From the NCBI GenBank assembly GCA_004356015.1, contig SMYD01000104.1, forward strand, positions 10,221-74,220: a DNA stretch of 64,000 bases, read 5' to 3'. The position numbers and the translations under genes are program-made. This document shows, one piece after another, positions 30,631-40,080 of this stretch. This DNA is from Acidobacteriota bacterium (lineage in GTDB: Bacteria > Acidobacteriota > Polarisedimenticolia > SMYD01). Position 1 is the stretch's first letter, and the number at the start of each line of letters is the position of its first letter. The notes under the pieces are model-generated. The model searched no databases, was not told the DNA's origin, and was given only the letters and a program-made list of their open reading frames with translations.

Positions 30631-33291
30631 ATGCGCGGGAACCAGGTACGCAGTACGTTTCTCGAATACTTTGCCGGGCGAGAGCACCGGGTGGTGCCTT
30701 CGGCGCCGCTGGTGCCCGTCGGTGATGCCACACTCCTGTTCACGAATGCCGGCATGAACCAGTTCAAGGATGTTTTCAGGGGCCATGAGCGGCGGGACTA
30801 TGTACGGGCCACTTCCGCCCAGAAGTGCCTGCGGGTTTCAGGCAAGCATAACGATCTGGAGCAGGTCGGACGCACGGCCCGGCACCATACATTTTTTGAG
30901 ATGCTGGGTAATTTTTCCTTCGGCGATTACTTCAAAGAGACGGCCGTGGAGTATGCCTGGGATCTTCTCATCAGGGTTTACGGACTGGACCCCGGTCGCC
31001 TGACGGCCACGGTCTTTGCCGGCGAAGACGGCCTGCCGGCCGATGAGGAGGCTGCCGACCTGTGGCAAAAGATTGCCGGTCTGCCCGCTGAGCGCATCCT
31101 CCGGCTCGGGGCCAGAGAGAATTTCTGGCGCATGGGTGAAACGGGCCCTTGCGGGCCCTGTTCCGAGTTGCATTTCGATCAGGGTAGCGACGCCGGGTGC
31201 GGGCGCAGCGACTGCCAGGGACCGGCCTGTGAGTGTGATCGTTTCCTGGAGATCTGGAACCTGGTCTTCATGCAGTTCGACCAGCAGGCCGATGGCAGAC
31301 TGGAGATGTTGCCTGCCCCCAGCATCGACACCGGGATGGGGCTGGAACGCCTGGCAGCGGTTCTGCAGGAGAAGAAGAGCAACTATGACACGGATCTGTT
31401 CACTCCCATCATCGGCCGGATAGCAGCGTCGGCCGGTGTGGACCCGCAGGCTGGCGGCGAATCCATGGTATCGCTGCAGGTGGTGGCGGATCACCTCCGG
31501 GCCATCGCGTTTCTGGTGGCCGATGGCATTGTGCCGGCCAATGAGGGGCGCGGGTATGTCCTGCGCCGTATCCTGCGGCGTGCGTATCGCCACGGGCGCA
31601 GACTGGGAGAAAAAGGGCCTTTTCTGCACCGCCTTCTTGACGTGGTAGCCACCGAGATGGGGACGGCCTACCCCGAACTCCTGGAGACCCTCCAGATCAG
31701 CCAGGAGGTCTGCCTGGCCGAGGAGGAGCGCTTCGAGGAGACTCTGGACGACAGCCTGGAACTCCTGGAACGCAGCTTCAAAGAACATTCGGCCGACCGG
31801 CGTATACCGGGAGACGACCTGTTTCGTCTTTACGATACCTTCGGGCTGCCCCTGGACCTGGCTGAAGATTTGGCACGGGAGAGAGGCTATGACCTGGACC
31901 TGGATGGCTTCCACCAGGCCATGGAAGCCCAGCGCAAACGGGCGCGACTGTCCTGGAAGGGTGGTCCTGAGAAGGTTTCCCAGGCCGTGTTCAGGGGGAT
32001 GGCCCAACGGGGCGTGACGTCCTCCTTCCTGGGGTACCAGCGTGACCATTCGGAAGGCACCGTGCTGGCGCTGGTGCGCGCGGGTGTGGAGGTGTCCGAG
32101 CTGAAGAAAGGTGAAACGGGGCAGGTGGTTCTCGACCGGACGCCGCTCTACGCCGAGTCGGGGGGGCAGGTCGGCGAAAAGGGCAACATGATCTGGGAAG
32201 GGGGCCGAGCCGATGTCAGCACGTCAACGGCGCCGGTGCGGGACTTGATCGCCCATGCCATCCTCCTGCGGGATGGGACGCTGCGCCGGGGCTCGCGCCT
32301 CCAGGTCCGGTGCGATGCGCAGGAGCGGCGCGCGACCCGCCGGAATCATACGGCGACCCATCTTCTCCACGCCGTCCTCAAACAGGTTCTTGGCCCCCAT
32401 GTCAAACAGGCCGGGTCGCTGGTGGCGCCGGATCGCCTGCGGTTTGACTTCACCCATTACCGCGCCCTGACGCCGGCACGTCTGCGGGAAATCGAGGACC
32501 GGGTCAACGACCGCATCCTCGCCAACGCAGAAGTGGTCACGCGCGTCCAGGACCTGGAAGAGGCCATCGCTTCAGGTGCCGTGGCCCTGTTCGGTGAGAA
32601 GTATGGGGACACGGTGAGGGTCGTGGAGGTCCCCGGCTTTTCCAGTGAGTTGTGCGGCGGCCTCCATTGCTCCGCCACGGGCGATATCGGCCTGTTCAAG
32701 ATCACCGGGGAACGCGGCATCTCCGCCGGCGTCCGCCGCCTGGAGGCACTCACAGGTGAGGCCGCGCTGCAGCGGTTTCGCATGGACCAGGAGGCACTTG
32801 GCCAGGCGGCCGACAGGCTGGGGGTGCCTCGTGACGAGGTGGCTGCAGCCATTGGTCGTCTGGTGCAGCGTCAGAAAGATCTGCAGAAAGAGCTGGGCCG
32901 CCTGCGCCTGAAAATGGCGGGAGCCGGCGCTGACGACCTTGAGCTCCAGGAGGTCGGCGAACTCAAGGTTCTGACCCGCCGCATCGAGGACCTGGATCGA
33001 AACCAGATGCGCCAGCTAGCCGATGCCCTCAAGGAGAAAGCCGACATCGTGATCCTGGGCACGCGGCGCCAGGACCGTGTGGCGCTGCTGGTCGCCGTGC
33101 GGGACAGCGCGGCAGAGCGGGTCCCCGCCAGTCAGGTCGTGGACCGCCTGGCCCGTCTGTGTGGCGGGCGCGGGGGCGGCAAGCCCACCCTGGCCGAGGC
33201 CGGGGGGCAGGACTCTGGAGATCTGGACGGGCTTCTGCGCCAGGGCGGCCGTGTGGTGCATGAGATTCTCATGGGCGGAAACCCTTCATGA
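30631..33291 (+). CDS. alaS: Alanine--tRNA ligase
   Basis: Class II aaRS catalytic core (HHTFFEMLGNFSFGDYFK), an editing domain with HxxxH/CxxxH zinc motifs and a C-terminal DHHA1/C-Ala domain. Start at MRGNQVRS is preceded by GGGGAG; the track ORF opens at 30553. Confidence 0.95.
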   Translation: MRGNQVRSTFLEYFAGREHRVVPSAPLVPVGDATLLFTNAGMNQFKDVFRGHERRDYVRATSAQKCLRVSGKHNDLEQVGRTARHHTFFEMLGNFSFGDYFKETAVEYAWDLLIRVYGLDPGRLTATVFAGEDGLPADEEAADLWQKIAGLPAERILRLGARENFWRMGETGPCGPCSELHFDQGSDAGCGRSDCQGPACECDRFLEIWNLVFMQFDQQADGRLEMLPAPSIDTGMGLERLAAVLQEKKSNYDTDLFTPIIGRIAASAGVDPQAGGESMVSLQVVADHLRAIAFLVADGIVPANEGRGYVLRRILRRAYRHGRRLGEKGPFLHRLLDVVATEMGTAYPELLETLQISQEVCLAEEERFEETLDDSLELLERSFKEHSADRRIPGDDLFRLYDTFGLPLDLAEDLARERGYDLDLDGFHQAMEAQRKRARLSWKGGPEKVSQAVFRGMAQRGVTSSFLGYQRDHSEGTVLALVRAGVEVSELKKGETGQVVLDRTPLYAESGGQVGEKGNMIWEGGRADVSTSTAPVRDLIAHAILLRDGTLRRGSRLQVRCDAQERRATRRNHTATHLLHAVLKQVLGPHVKQAGSLVAPDRLRFDFTHYRALTPARLREIEDRVNDRILANAEVVTRVQDLEEAIASGAVALFGEKYGDTVRVVEVPGFSSELCGGLHCSATGDIGLFKITGERGISAGVRRLEALTGEAALQRFRMDQEALGQAADRLGVPRDEVAAAIGRLVQRQKDLQKELGRLRLKMAGAGADDLELQEVGELKVLTRRIEDLDRNQMRQLADALKEKADIVILGTRRQDRVALLVAVRDSAAERVPASQVVDRLARLCGGRGGGKPTLAEAGGQDSGDLDGLLRQGGRVVHEILMGGNPS

Positions 33292-33995
33292 GACGTGCCG
33301 CAGCCTGGGCTCTCTTCATGGTATGGGCTGCCACCGGCCTGTCCAGCGCAAGCGGGTCCGTCGTCGTGCGGAAGCGGAGCGGAACACTCGTTCTGACCAA
33401 TCTGGCGGTGGGGAAGGCGCCGTCCGGGGCGCGGGGTGGCGTCTCCTACGGAGCGAGAGCAGGATCGGCTCCGGAGACGGCTGCGACCCTGCCTCAAAGA
33501 CCCTATTCAACTCTCGTGAGGCGTATCAGCCATCGTTATGGAATCGATCCTGATCTGGTTCATGCCATCATTGCTGTGGAATCAGCCTACGACCCCACTG
33601 CAGTCTCCCGGCAGGGTGCGGTGGGACTGATGCAGTTAATGCCCTCCACCGCCGCTGAACTGGGAATCCATGATCTCACCGACGCACACGACAATATCGT
33701 GGGTGGTGTCCGGCACCTGAAGCGCATGCTGGATCAATTCTCCGGAAATCTCACCCTGGCTCTGGCTGCCTACAATGCAGGTGCGGGCGCCGTGAAGCGC
33801 TTCCATGGTGTGCCGCCTTACCCTGAGACCCAGGCGTATGTGCGCCGCGTGCGGCGATTTTATGCCGGGGCAGGACAGGTGACCCGTCGGTCACCCCCTA
33901 AGATCTACAGGTATACCGACGCCTCGGGGGCCATGGTCTACTCACAGTTTGCACCGCCCGCGTTCTCGGATCGTGGTGGTGGGCATCGGCGCTAG
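33288..33995 (+). CDS. Lytic transglycosylase (SLT domain) flanked by DUF4124-like segments
   Basis: SLT catalytic region (IIAVESAYDPTAVSRQGAVGLMQLMPSTA...AYNAG). An N-terminal VVVRKRSGTLVLTN and a C-terminal KIYRYTDASGAMVYSQFAPP resemble DUF4124. Confidence 0.8.
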   Translation: MRRAAAWALFMVWAATGLSSASGSVVVRKRSGTLVLTNLAVGKAPSGARGGVSYGARAGSAPETAATLPQRPYSTLVRRISHRYGIDPDLVHAIIAVESAYDPTAVSRQGAVGLMQLMPSTAAELGIHDLTDAHDNIVGGVRHLKRMLDQFSGNLTLALAAYNAGAGAVKRFHGVPPYPETQAYVRRVRRFYAGAGQVTRRSPPKIYRYTDASGAMVYSQFAPPAFSDRGGGHRR

Positions 33996-35022
33996 GCGAC
34001 TCGCCGCGTCCGGTGCCCGGCGGACCGGCGAGTTCAGGCATCTTCCCAAGGTCGATCTCCATGTTCATCTCGAGGGGTCTCTTTCTTTCTCCCTCTTGCG
34101 CCGGTTTGCCCGTGACCAGGGCAGGGCCGGCTTGCGAACCCATGACCTGGCCTTCCATGATTTCGACGGGTTCCTGCGCGCTTTTGCCAGGGTCTGCACC
34201 TATCTGTGCCGGCCGGTGGATTTTGAGTTGGCGGTTCAGTACCTGGGCAGAAGGTTACGGCGAGACGGCGTCATTCATGCGGAGGTTTTCTTCTCGCCAC
34301 AGGTCCACACTCGGCGTGGACTCGAATATGCCGAACTGGTGAAAGCTCTGGAACGCGGTGCCAGAGAGGTCAAGGCGGCGGGCGGACCGAGCCTGCTCTT
34401 CATTGCCGATGGTGTGCGCCAGTGGGGTGTTGAATCGTTCCAGGTTCTCCTGGCCGAGATGGAACGCCATCCCTCTCCCTCTGTGGTGGGCATCGGCCTC
34501 GGCGGCGTGGAGGATGCCATTCCCAGCCGGGCGTTCGCGCCGGCCTTCGCGGCCGCACGAGACGGCGGCCTGGCCGCCGTGGTCCACGCCGGGGAGACCG
34601 GTCCGCCGGCGGCTGTCTTTGAAGCGGTTGAGCTGCTTGGCGCCTGTCGAGTGGGTCATGGTGTGGCCGCCGCACAGGACAGCGAACTTCTCCGCTGGTT
34701 GAAGCGTCGAAAGGTGACCCTGGACGTCTGCCTCACCAGCAACGGGCGGACCGGCGCCTGGCCGGCAGGGCGGCCCCATCCGCTGGCCGGACTGGTGGAC
34801 GCAGGTGTGCCGGTGACCCTGGGCAGTGATGATCCGGCCCTGTTCCGCACGACCCTCTCCCGGGAATACGCACGCGCTGCGGCCACCGGCCTGGATGATC
34901 CGGCGCTGCGCAGAATTGCCGGGCAGGCTGCCCGGGCGAGCCTTCTCCCGCCCCGTGCCCGCCGCCGCCTCCAAGTGACACTCGAGGTAGCCTGGCGAGC
35001 CTGGAGGCCGGCGGACGGCTGA
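33973..35022 (+). CDS. add: Adenosine/AMP deaminase-family metallohydrolase
   Basis: Signature PKVDLHVHLEGS (HxHxEG metal ligands), VVHAGE and SDDP motifs typical of adenosine deaminase. Start is uncertain: the track ORF opens at 33949 and overlaps the SLT gene, with GTG codons at 33973-33981. Confidence 0.7.
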   Translation: MVVGIGARRLAASGARRTGEFRHLPKVDLHVHLEGSLSFSLLRRFARDQGRAGLRTHDLAFHDFDGFLRAFARVCTYLCRPVDFELAVQYLGRRLRRDGVIHAEVFFSPQVHTRRGLEYAELVKALERGAREVKAAGGPSLLFIADGVRQWGVESFQVLLAEMERHPSPSVVGIGLGGVEDAIPSRAFAPAFAAARDGGLAAVVHAGETGPPAAVFEAVELLGACRVGHGVAAAQDSELLRWLKRRKVTLDVCLTSNGRTGAWPAGRPHPLAGLVDAGVPVTLGSDDPALFRTTLSREYARAAATGLDDPALRRIAGQAARASLLPPRARRRLQVTLEVAWRAWRPADG

Positions 35023-35144
35023 CAGGCCGGGATCCTCCTGGAGTCGTGTTCAGGCAAGTGGGGCGGAAACCCTCAAAATCGAGGACTCCCGCCCCGGCAA
35101 AATTCCGAGGGTTGCGCCCGTCCTCGGAGGGGGAACTCACGTTT

Positions 35145-35179
35145 TTGACCTTGACAGAGTGCTGAGAACGCCCTATATG
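35145..35179 (+). promoter_or_regulatory. Candidate sigma-70 promoter (tandem TTGACC/TTGACA 35145-35156, 17-nt spacer, TATATG 35174-35179) driving a ~175-nt leader upstream of the XRE-TPR gene
   Basis: Hexamers and spacing read directly from the sequence. A CT-rich tract (tctgtgtcatctctgtctgtctctg) and short GC hairpins (GCGGA-N7-TCCGC) follow. Confidence 0.4.
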
Positions 35180-35360
35180 AAGTTGCGGTCTGTGTCATCT
35201 CTGTCTGTCTCTGTTTATAGGGTGGGAAGGCGGGGACCGCAAGGTCGCAGGATGTGGTTGCGCGGATAGCGAGTCCGCAGTTTGGATTGCCAACACCTCG
35301 GTCGTTTTTCCTCCAGGGATCCAGCCGCAGCCGCGCAATCGGCCTGGGGAGGATGAGTTC

Positions 35361-36551
35361 GTGCAGCACGCCGCCGAGGAAGTAAGAGGCAGCCAGAGGC
35401 TCGGGCGCTTCCTGCGCCAGTTGCGCTTGGGATATGGATACACCCTGCGGCGTGTCGAAGAACAGGCTGAAGAGTTCGGTTCGCCCATCGACAATTCGCA
35501 ATTGTCACGCTTCGAGAAGGGGAAGGCGGCGCCTTCTTTCGAGAAGCTTCGCATCCTGGCTCGGGTCTTCAACGTTCCCGTACAGACATTTTCAGATGTC
35601 CTGGATCTGGAGCAGTACGATCATCTATCCCCGGAACAGGACGACCCAGAAACCCTGTTCCAGAAGGGACTGGCAGCCTACAGGGATGGACAGTACGGAC
35701 GCTCCTTCGTGATCTTTGAGCGCCTTGCGGAGATGAATCTTCTGGACCAGGATGTCGTGGCAGACGAGAATAACGCCAAGGCTCACTATCATATGTCCAT
35801 AGCGCTCAAGAAAATGGGCCACTTGGCCATGGCCGAGGACCAGTTGCGCCGGCTGCTGCGCCGGCCCGATGAATCTTATCCTCTCTCCTTGCGGGTCCGG
35901 AGCCTGCTCCAGCTGTCCTTTGTCTATCGGGAGCTTGGCGATCTCTACCTGGCCTCGGTCATTGCCCGGGAATGTGAGGAGCGGGCGCGGGAAGGTGCCG
36001 ATGTCGATACCGTGGCCGCGGCTCTCAACACCGCGGGAATCATCGAAGAAGAGCAGGGACATCATGAATTCGCAGCCGGGCATTTTCGCAGGGCCCTTTC
36101 GGCCCTGGGAGAATGTGGAAGCGCAGATATCACCCGCCTCACGATTCAAGTGAATCTCGGCGGCGCCATGGCGGCCAACGGCCGGTTCCGCGGGGGCGTG
36201 GAACTCCTCAAGCGGACGCTGGCGCGCGCCACCGAGCATGGGTACCGCCGTACCCAGGCGCTGGCCCTGAGCAAACTGGGAGGGGTTCATATGGACCGGG
36301 GCCGCCTGGAACATGCTCGGGACTACCTGCGACGGGCCGATGAGGCAGCTCAGGACGGCACGGAAAGCTACCACGATCTTCTCTTCATCAACGCTTATTT
36401 CAACTGGCAGATGGCACGCCAGGCTGGACGGGTGACCCAGGCGCGGATTCTCTTCGGACGTCTGAAATTCCTCCGGTCAATCCTTGAATCCCGATTTGCC
36501 GAGGTCAACGCCTTCGATGCCATGGTACGAGGAGAACATAAATATGCGTAA
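35361..36551 (+). CDS. Transcriptional regulator with an N-terminal XRE-type helix-turn-helix and C-terminal tetratricopeptide repeats
   Basis: HTH_XRE core (LGRFLRQLRLGYGYTLRRVEEQAEEFGSPIDNSQLSRFEKG...LRILARVFNVPV) followed by several TPR-like helical repeats. GTG start with GGAGGA 7 nt upstream. Local GC is visibly lower than in the flanking genes. Confidence 0.75.
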   Translation: MQHAAEEVRGSQRLGRFLRQLRLGYGYTLRRVEEQAEEFGSPIDNSQLSRFEKGKAAPSFEKLRILARVFNVPVQTFSDVLDLEQYDHLSPEQDDPETLFQKGLAAYRDGQYGRSFVIFERLAEMNLLDQDVVADENNAKAHYHMSIALKKMGHLAMAEDQLRRLLRRPDESYPLSLRVRSLLQLSFVYRELGDLYLASVIARECEERAREGADVDTVAAALNTAGIIEEEQGHHEFAAGHFRRALSALGECGSADITRLTIQVNLGGAMAANGRFRGGVELLKRTLARATEHGYRRTQALALSKLGGVHMDRGRLEHARDYLRRADEAAQDGTESYHDLLFINAYFNWQMARQAGRVTQARILFGRLKFLRSILESRFAEVNAFDAMVRGEHKYA

Positions 36552-37293
36552 GCCCGCACACGGGAAGAATGCCGGCCGGTGGCGCAGGGTTGCCGGTTTC
36601 TGGTGCCTCGCCGCCGTCCTGGGTGCCGCCCTGATTGTCATGCCGCTGGCCCTGGGGGGCCAGAAAGTCCACCAGAAAGTCCAGCTGAAAGGGCCCGAAG
36701 GGGGCCACAGCTCGGCGAACAGTCCCGGGATCTGGGACGAGGTGGATGCGGAGATTGATCTCTCAGGGCTGTGGGGCAGCATCGACCCTGACAATGATGT
36801 GGACCCCTTCGTCTACACCGAACCCATCACGGGCAATGTTCACCTGTTCTGGGCCAGTTGGAACGGTGAATTCTATGAGATTGCCCACGCCGAGCGTCCG
36901 CTGGGGTCGGTCTGGAATGGCATGGAGTTGGTCCAGGCCGTTGCGCCCGACAGCCGGGACAATCTCACGCCGCGCGCGATTCGCGACGTCCTGGGTCTTC
37001 TTCACGTTTCCTGGGCCCGTAAGGGCAGCTTCACAAGCAGTGTCTACCATGCCGTCAGGGTCAGCGGCGGCTGGACGGAGCCGAGTCTGCTTTCGGGCAT
37101 GGAGATGGCCTCAGAGCCATTTCCATGGCTGGACGACAACCGCACCATGGTGGATTACCAGACGCCCATGGAGATTGTCACTGTCGAGATCACGGTCTCC
37201 ATCGGGGGCTACAGTGGTGGGAGTGATGATATCGATCCTTCCCAGGTCACTGTGGAGAGCGAAACCGTGATGCGCACGCTGGCTCCCCAATAA
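36544..37293 (+). CDS. Hypothetical exported/membrane-anchored protein, translationally coupled to the XRE-TPR regulator
   Basis: Start ATGCGTAA overlaps the upstream stop. N-terminal basic stretch plus a hydrophobic helix (RWRRVAGFWCLAAVLGAALIVMPLALGG). No recognisable catalytic motifs. Confidence 0.6.
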   Translation: MRKPAHGKNAGRWRRVAGFWCLAAVLGAALIVMPLALGGQKVHQKVQLKGPEGGHSSANSPGIWDEVDAEIDLSGLWGSIDPDNDVDPFVYTEPITGNVHLFWASWNGEFYEIAHAERPLGSVWNGMELVQAVAPDSRDNLTPRAIRDVLGLLHVSWARKGSFTSSVYHAVRVSGGWTEPSLLSGMEMASEPFPWLDDNRTMVDYQTPMEIVTVEITVSIGGYSGGSDDIDPSQVTVESETVMRTLAPQ

Positions 37294-37312
37294 CCGGGGT
37301 GGCAGGGCCGGG

Positions 37313-38764
37313 TCAGGCTTCCATGTGCCGGGCCATGGCCATGAGCAGGGCATCGACGGTTCCAGGCGAGTCTGCCTCGCAATAAAGGCGTAGCACCGGT
37401 TCCGTCCCTGACGGGCGCACCATGATCCAACCTGTCTCCCCCAGCAGAAGCTTCACACCATCCAGGGTGTCCACGCCGGTCACTCCCACACCGGCAAGGT
37501 GGGAGGGAGGGTTGTCCCGCAGGCGTTCCACCAGGTCCTGTGCTCGCTGGTGCGATAATGGCAGGTCCGTGCGCCGGTAATGGAATTCACCGTACGTCAG
37601 CCAGAGTTCGGCCAGGATTGCAGAAAGGGAGAGCTTGCGGGCGGCCACCATCTCCACCAGAAGGAGGCCGATGAGGATCCCGTCCCGTTCCGGCAGATAT
37701 CCGGCGATGCCGATGCCGCCACTCTCTTCGCCGCCCATGAGAATTCGTCCCTGTTCCAGAAGAGGGACCAGGTGTTTGAAGCCGATAGGGAAGACATGGC
37801 AATCCAGATCGTGAGCCGCGGCGATTCTGTCGAGAAGGACTGTGTTGGCGCAGGTTCGGGCCAGATCTCCTCGTTGTTCGCAGCGATTCAGGCGGTCGTG
37901 AGCCAGGAGAGGCGTGATCTGCAGGGCGGATAGAAAGCGTCCTGTTTCATCCACGGCCGCGATGCGATCCGCGTCACCATCGGTGGCGATGCCCATGTCC
38001 GCGTTCTCGCTCAGCACGGCATTCCGGAGGCCGTCCAGCCGCTGGGGAATCGGTTCCGGCCCCTCGCCGCCGAAGAGAACGTCACGGTCTCCCCGCAAGG
38101 TCACGACCTCATGACCATAATCGTCCAGGAACTCGGCGATGAGGTGGCCACCGCAACCGTGCATGGAATCAACAATGATCTTGAGGCGCGGCGCGTCACG
38201 CAGGATGTCGCCGTTCACCGTGCGGCCCAGCCGGGCCACGTAGCCGGCCGTGAAACCGACATCGTGCCAGAGACCGCGTTTGCGCGCCTCGGCGGCGGCG
38301 AGGCGGATGGGTTTCTCTCTGTCCAGATGGCTCTCGATGAGTTGCGTGAAGCCCGGTGAGGCGCTGCCACCCAGGGCTGATTTGATCTTGTAGCCGCCGA
38401 ATGACGCCGGGTTATGGCTTGCCGTGAGCATCAGGCCGCAGCCGGCGTTGTGGTCCACCACCAGGCCGGAAAGGGCTGGTGTGGGCAGATCCGAATCGGT
38501 TCTCAGGACCGTGAACTGGTTCCCGGCCAGGACCTCGGCGACACGGTCGGCATGGCTTGCCGCCATGAATCGGCGATCATGGCCGATGACCACGCGCCGG
38601 GGTGCCCCAGTGGCGACCAAGGCTCGTACCGTGGCCTGGGCCATGCGTTCCAGGTTGGCGAAGGTGAAGGTGTCCGCGATCACGCCGCGCCAGCCGTCGG
38701 TGCCGAAGCGCAGGGGTTGCCCACCGGCCGGCTCGTGGTCGGTTTCAGTGCGAGTCTTCTTCAT
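37313..38764 (-). CDS. Phosphomannomutase/phosphoglucomutase (alpha-D-phosphohexomutase family)
   Basis: Active-site phosphoserine loop TASHNP, the metal-binding loop DGDADR and a four-domain architecture. Confidence 0.85.
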   Translation of the reverse strand: MKKTRTETDHEPAGGQPLRFGTDGWRGVIADTFTFANLERMAQATVRALVATGAPRRVVIGHDRRFMAASHADRVAEVLAGNQFTVLRTDSDLPTPALSGLVVDHNAGCGLMLTASHNPASFGGYKIKSALGGSASPGFTQLIESHLDREKPIRLAAAEARKRGLWHDVGFTAGYVARLGRTVNGDILRDAPRLKIIVDSMHGCGGHLIAEFLDDYGHEVVTLRGDRDVLFGGEGPEPIPQRLDGLRNAVLSENADMGIATDGDADRIAAVDETGRFLSALQITPLLAHDRLNRCEQRGDLARTCANTVLLDRIAAAHDLDCHVFPIGFKHLVPLLEQGRILMGGEESGGIGIAGYLPERDGILIGLLLVEMVAARKLSLSAILAELWLTYGEFHYRRTDLPLSHQRAQDLVERLRDNPPSHLAGVGVTGVDTLDGVKLLLGETGWIMVRPSGTEPVLRLYCEADSPGTVDALLMAMARHMEA

Positions 38765-39960
38765 GAGGAGCCGCGCATCATATCAGAGGCTGTCAGGAAC
38801 TCGAAACCGCGGGCCCGATAGCCGGTCAGGATACGGCTGAGAACACGCCCGACCTGCTCGCTGGCTGGGCGCCCGGATCCCAGATGCATGAGAACGATGG
38901 CGCCCCGGGCACCGTGAGTGTCACGTTCGGAGAAGGTGAGAACTCGTCTGGCGATCTCATCGGCAGTCCGGTAGAGGTGGGAGCTGGGGTCGGCAACCCA
39001 GTCCAGAGTGTCCATGCTGGCCGTCCATCCGACGTGACGCCATCCTTCCGCTGCTGCCCAGTCCAGGATCTCGCCATTGTATTCGCCGTATGGGGAGCGC
39101 CAGATCGGCGCCATGTCGTGTCCCGTGATGGCCCGGAAGGCTGCGTTGGTACGGGCGAGCTCCCCGGCCAGGCGATGCCGGTCGACGTCGGCCCGCGTCT
39201 CATGACGGCGGATTTCTTCCCAGCGTGTCAGATGAAGATGGGTCTCGGTGTGGTTGCCGACCTCGTGCCCATCGGCATCCAGGCGGAGAACCAGGTCGGG
39301 ATGATCCCGGATGAATTCACCGGTCAGGAAAAAGGTCGTGCGCACACCGGCGGCGGCCAGGGTGTCGAGGATCTCCACCGCTCCGTCACTCTGGGAGCCG
39401 GCATCAAAGGTGAGGAGAAGAGCGCGGCGCTCCAGGGGACCGCGGTTGAAACTCGAGGCCCTTGGGGAAAAATCTGTTTCGTGCCCGAGTGCCGGTGTGG
39501 TGAATTCCCGGGCCACCCGGGCAGGCACGGTGGAAAGGTCCTCGTTGGCAGGGGGGAGGGCCACCGTTTTCGCACGGGAGGCGACCGGATGCTCAGGGGT
39601 GGATCTGAGTACGGGCGCCGTCGCAGGCTGCAGGTTCACCCCCCGGTTCTCCGGCGAGTTCCGAGCCGCGGTGGGGATGACGGCCACATTCCCCGGGCCG
39701 GATCCCTGGGAGGGGCTGAGTCCGACGCCGGCCGCCACGCCCAGGATGAAGAGGCCGGTGCCCGCCGTCAGCCACAGGATCATGGGGTGACGGTGGGCCC
39801 GACGGCTGGTCAAGGCAGCGCAATGGTGCTCGGGAAAGAGACATGAGCCGCAGTAGGCGCGGCCGCACGCCTGGCAGGACCCGCGGGAGTGGCGGGCGGG
39901 ATGCCGGTAGCACGGCTCCCAGGACGCGAGAAATGCTCCGATGGGGTTGTCGGGTCGCAT
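38761..39960 (-). CDS. Polysaccharide deacetylase (NodB homology domain) with an N-terminal Cys/His zinc-ribbon and one TM helix
   Basis: N-terminal C-x2-H-x8-C-x2-C-x4-C-x2-C-x5-HC cluster, then the TM helix MILWLTAGTGLFILGVAAGVGL, then a NodB domain (TFDAG...HEVGNHTETH...). The track ORF extends to 40449 and overlaps the divergent pgsA; first ATG after that is 39960. Confidence 0.7.
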   Translation of the reverse strand: MRPDNPIGAFLASWEPCYRHPARHSRGSCQACGRAYCGSCLFPEHHCAALTSRRAHRHPMILWLTAGTGLFILGVAAGVGLSPSQGSGPGNVAVIPTAARNSPENRGVNLQPATAPVLRSTPEHPVASRAKTVALPPANEDLSTVPARVAREFTTPALGHETDFSPRASSFNRGPLERRALLLTFDAGSQSDGAVEILDTLAAAGVRTTFFLTGEFIRDHPDLVLRLDADGHEVGNHTETHLHLTRWEEIRRHETRADVDRHRLAGELARTNAAFRAITGHDMAPIWRSPYGEYNGEILDWAAAEGWRHVGWTASMDTLDWVADPSSHLYRTADEIARRVLTFSERDTHGARGAIVLMHLGSGRPASEQVGRVLSRILTGYRARGFEFLTASDMMRGSS

Positions 39961-40080
39961 GAGAGTGTGGGGAGGCGACTGCAATCCCCTGGGAAATATA
40001 GAGATGGAAGGGTCCGGTCGCAACGTTGGTAGTGCGGGATATGTTATGGTGGCTGCCGGCGGCGGACACGGGACGAAACC

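Noticed and set aside
37294-37312. Possible terminator hairpin between the convergent hypothetical gene and the phosphohexomutase
   Set aside because: CCGGGG...CCGGG are direct rather than inverted repeats; no stem-loop can form.
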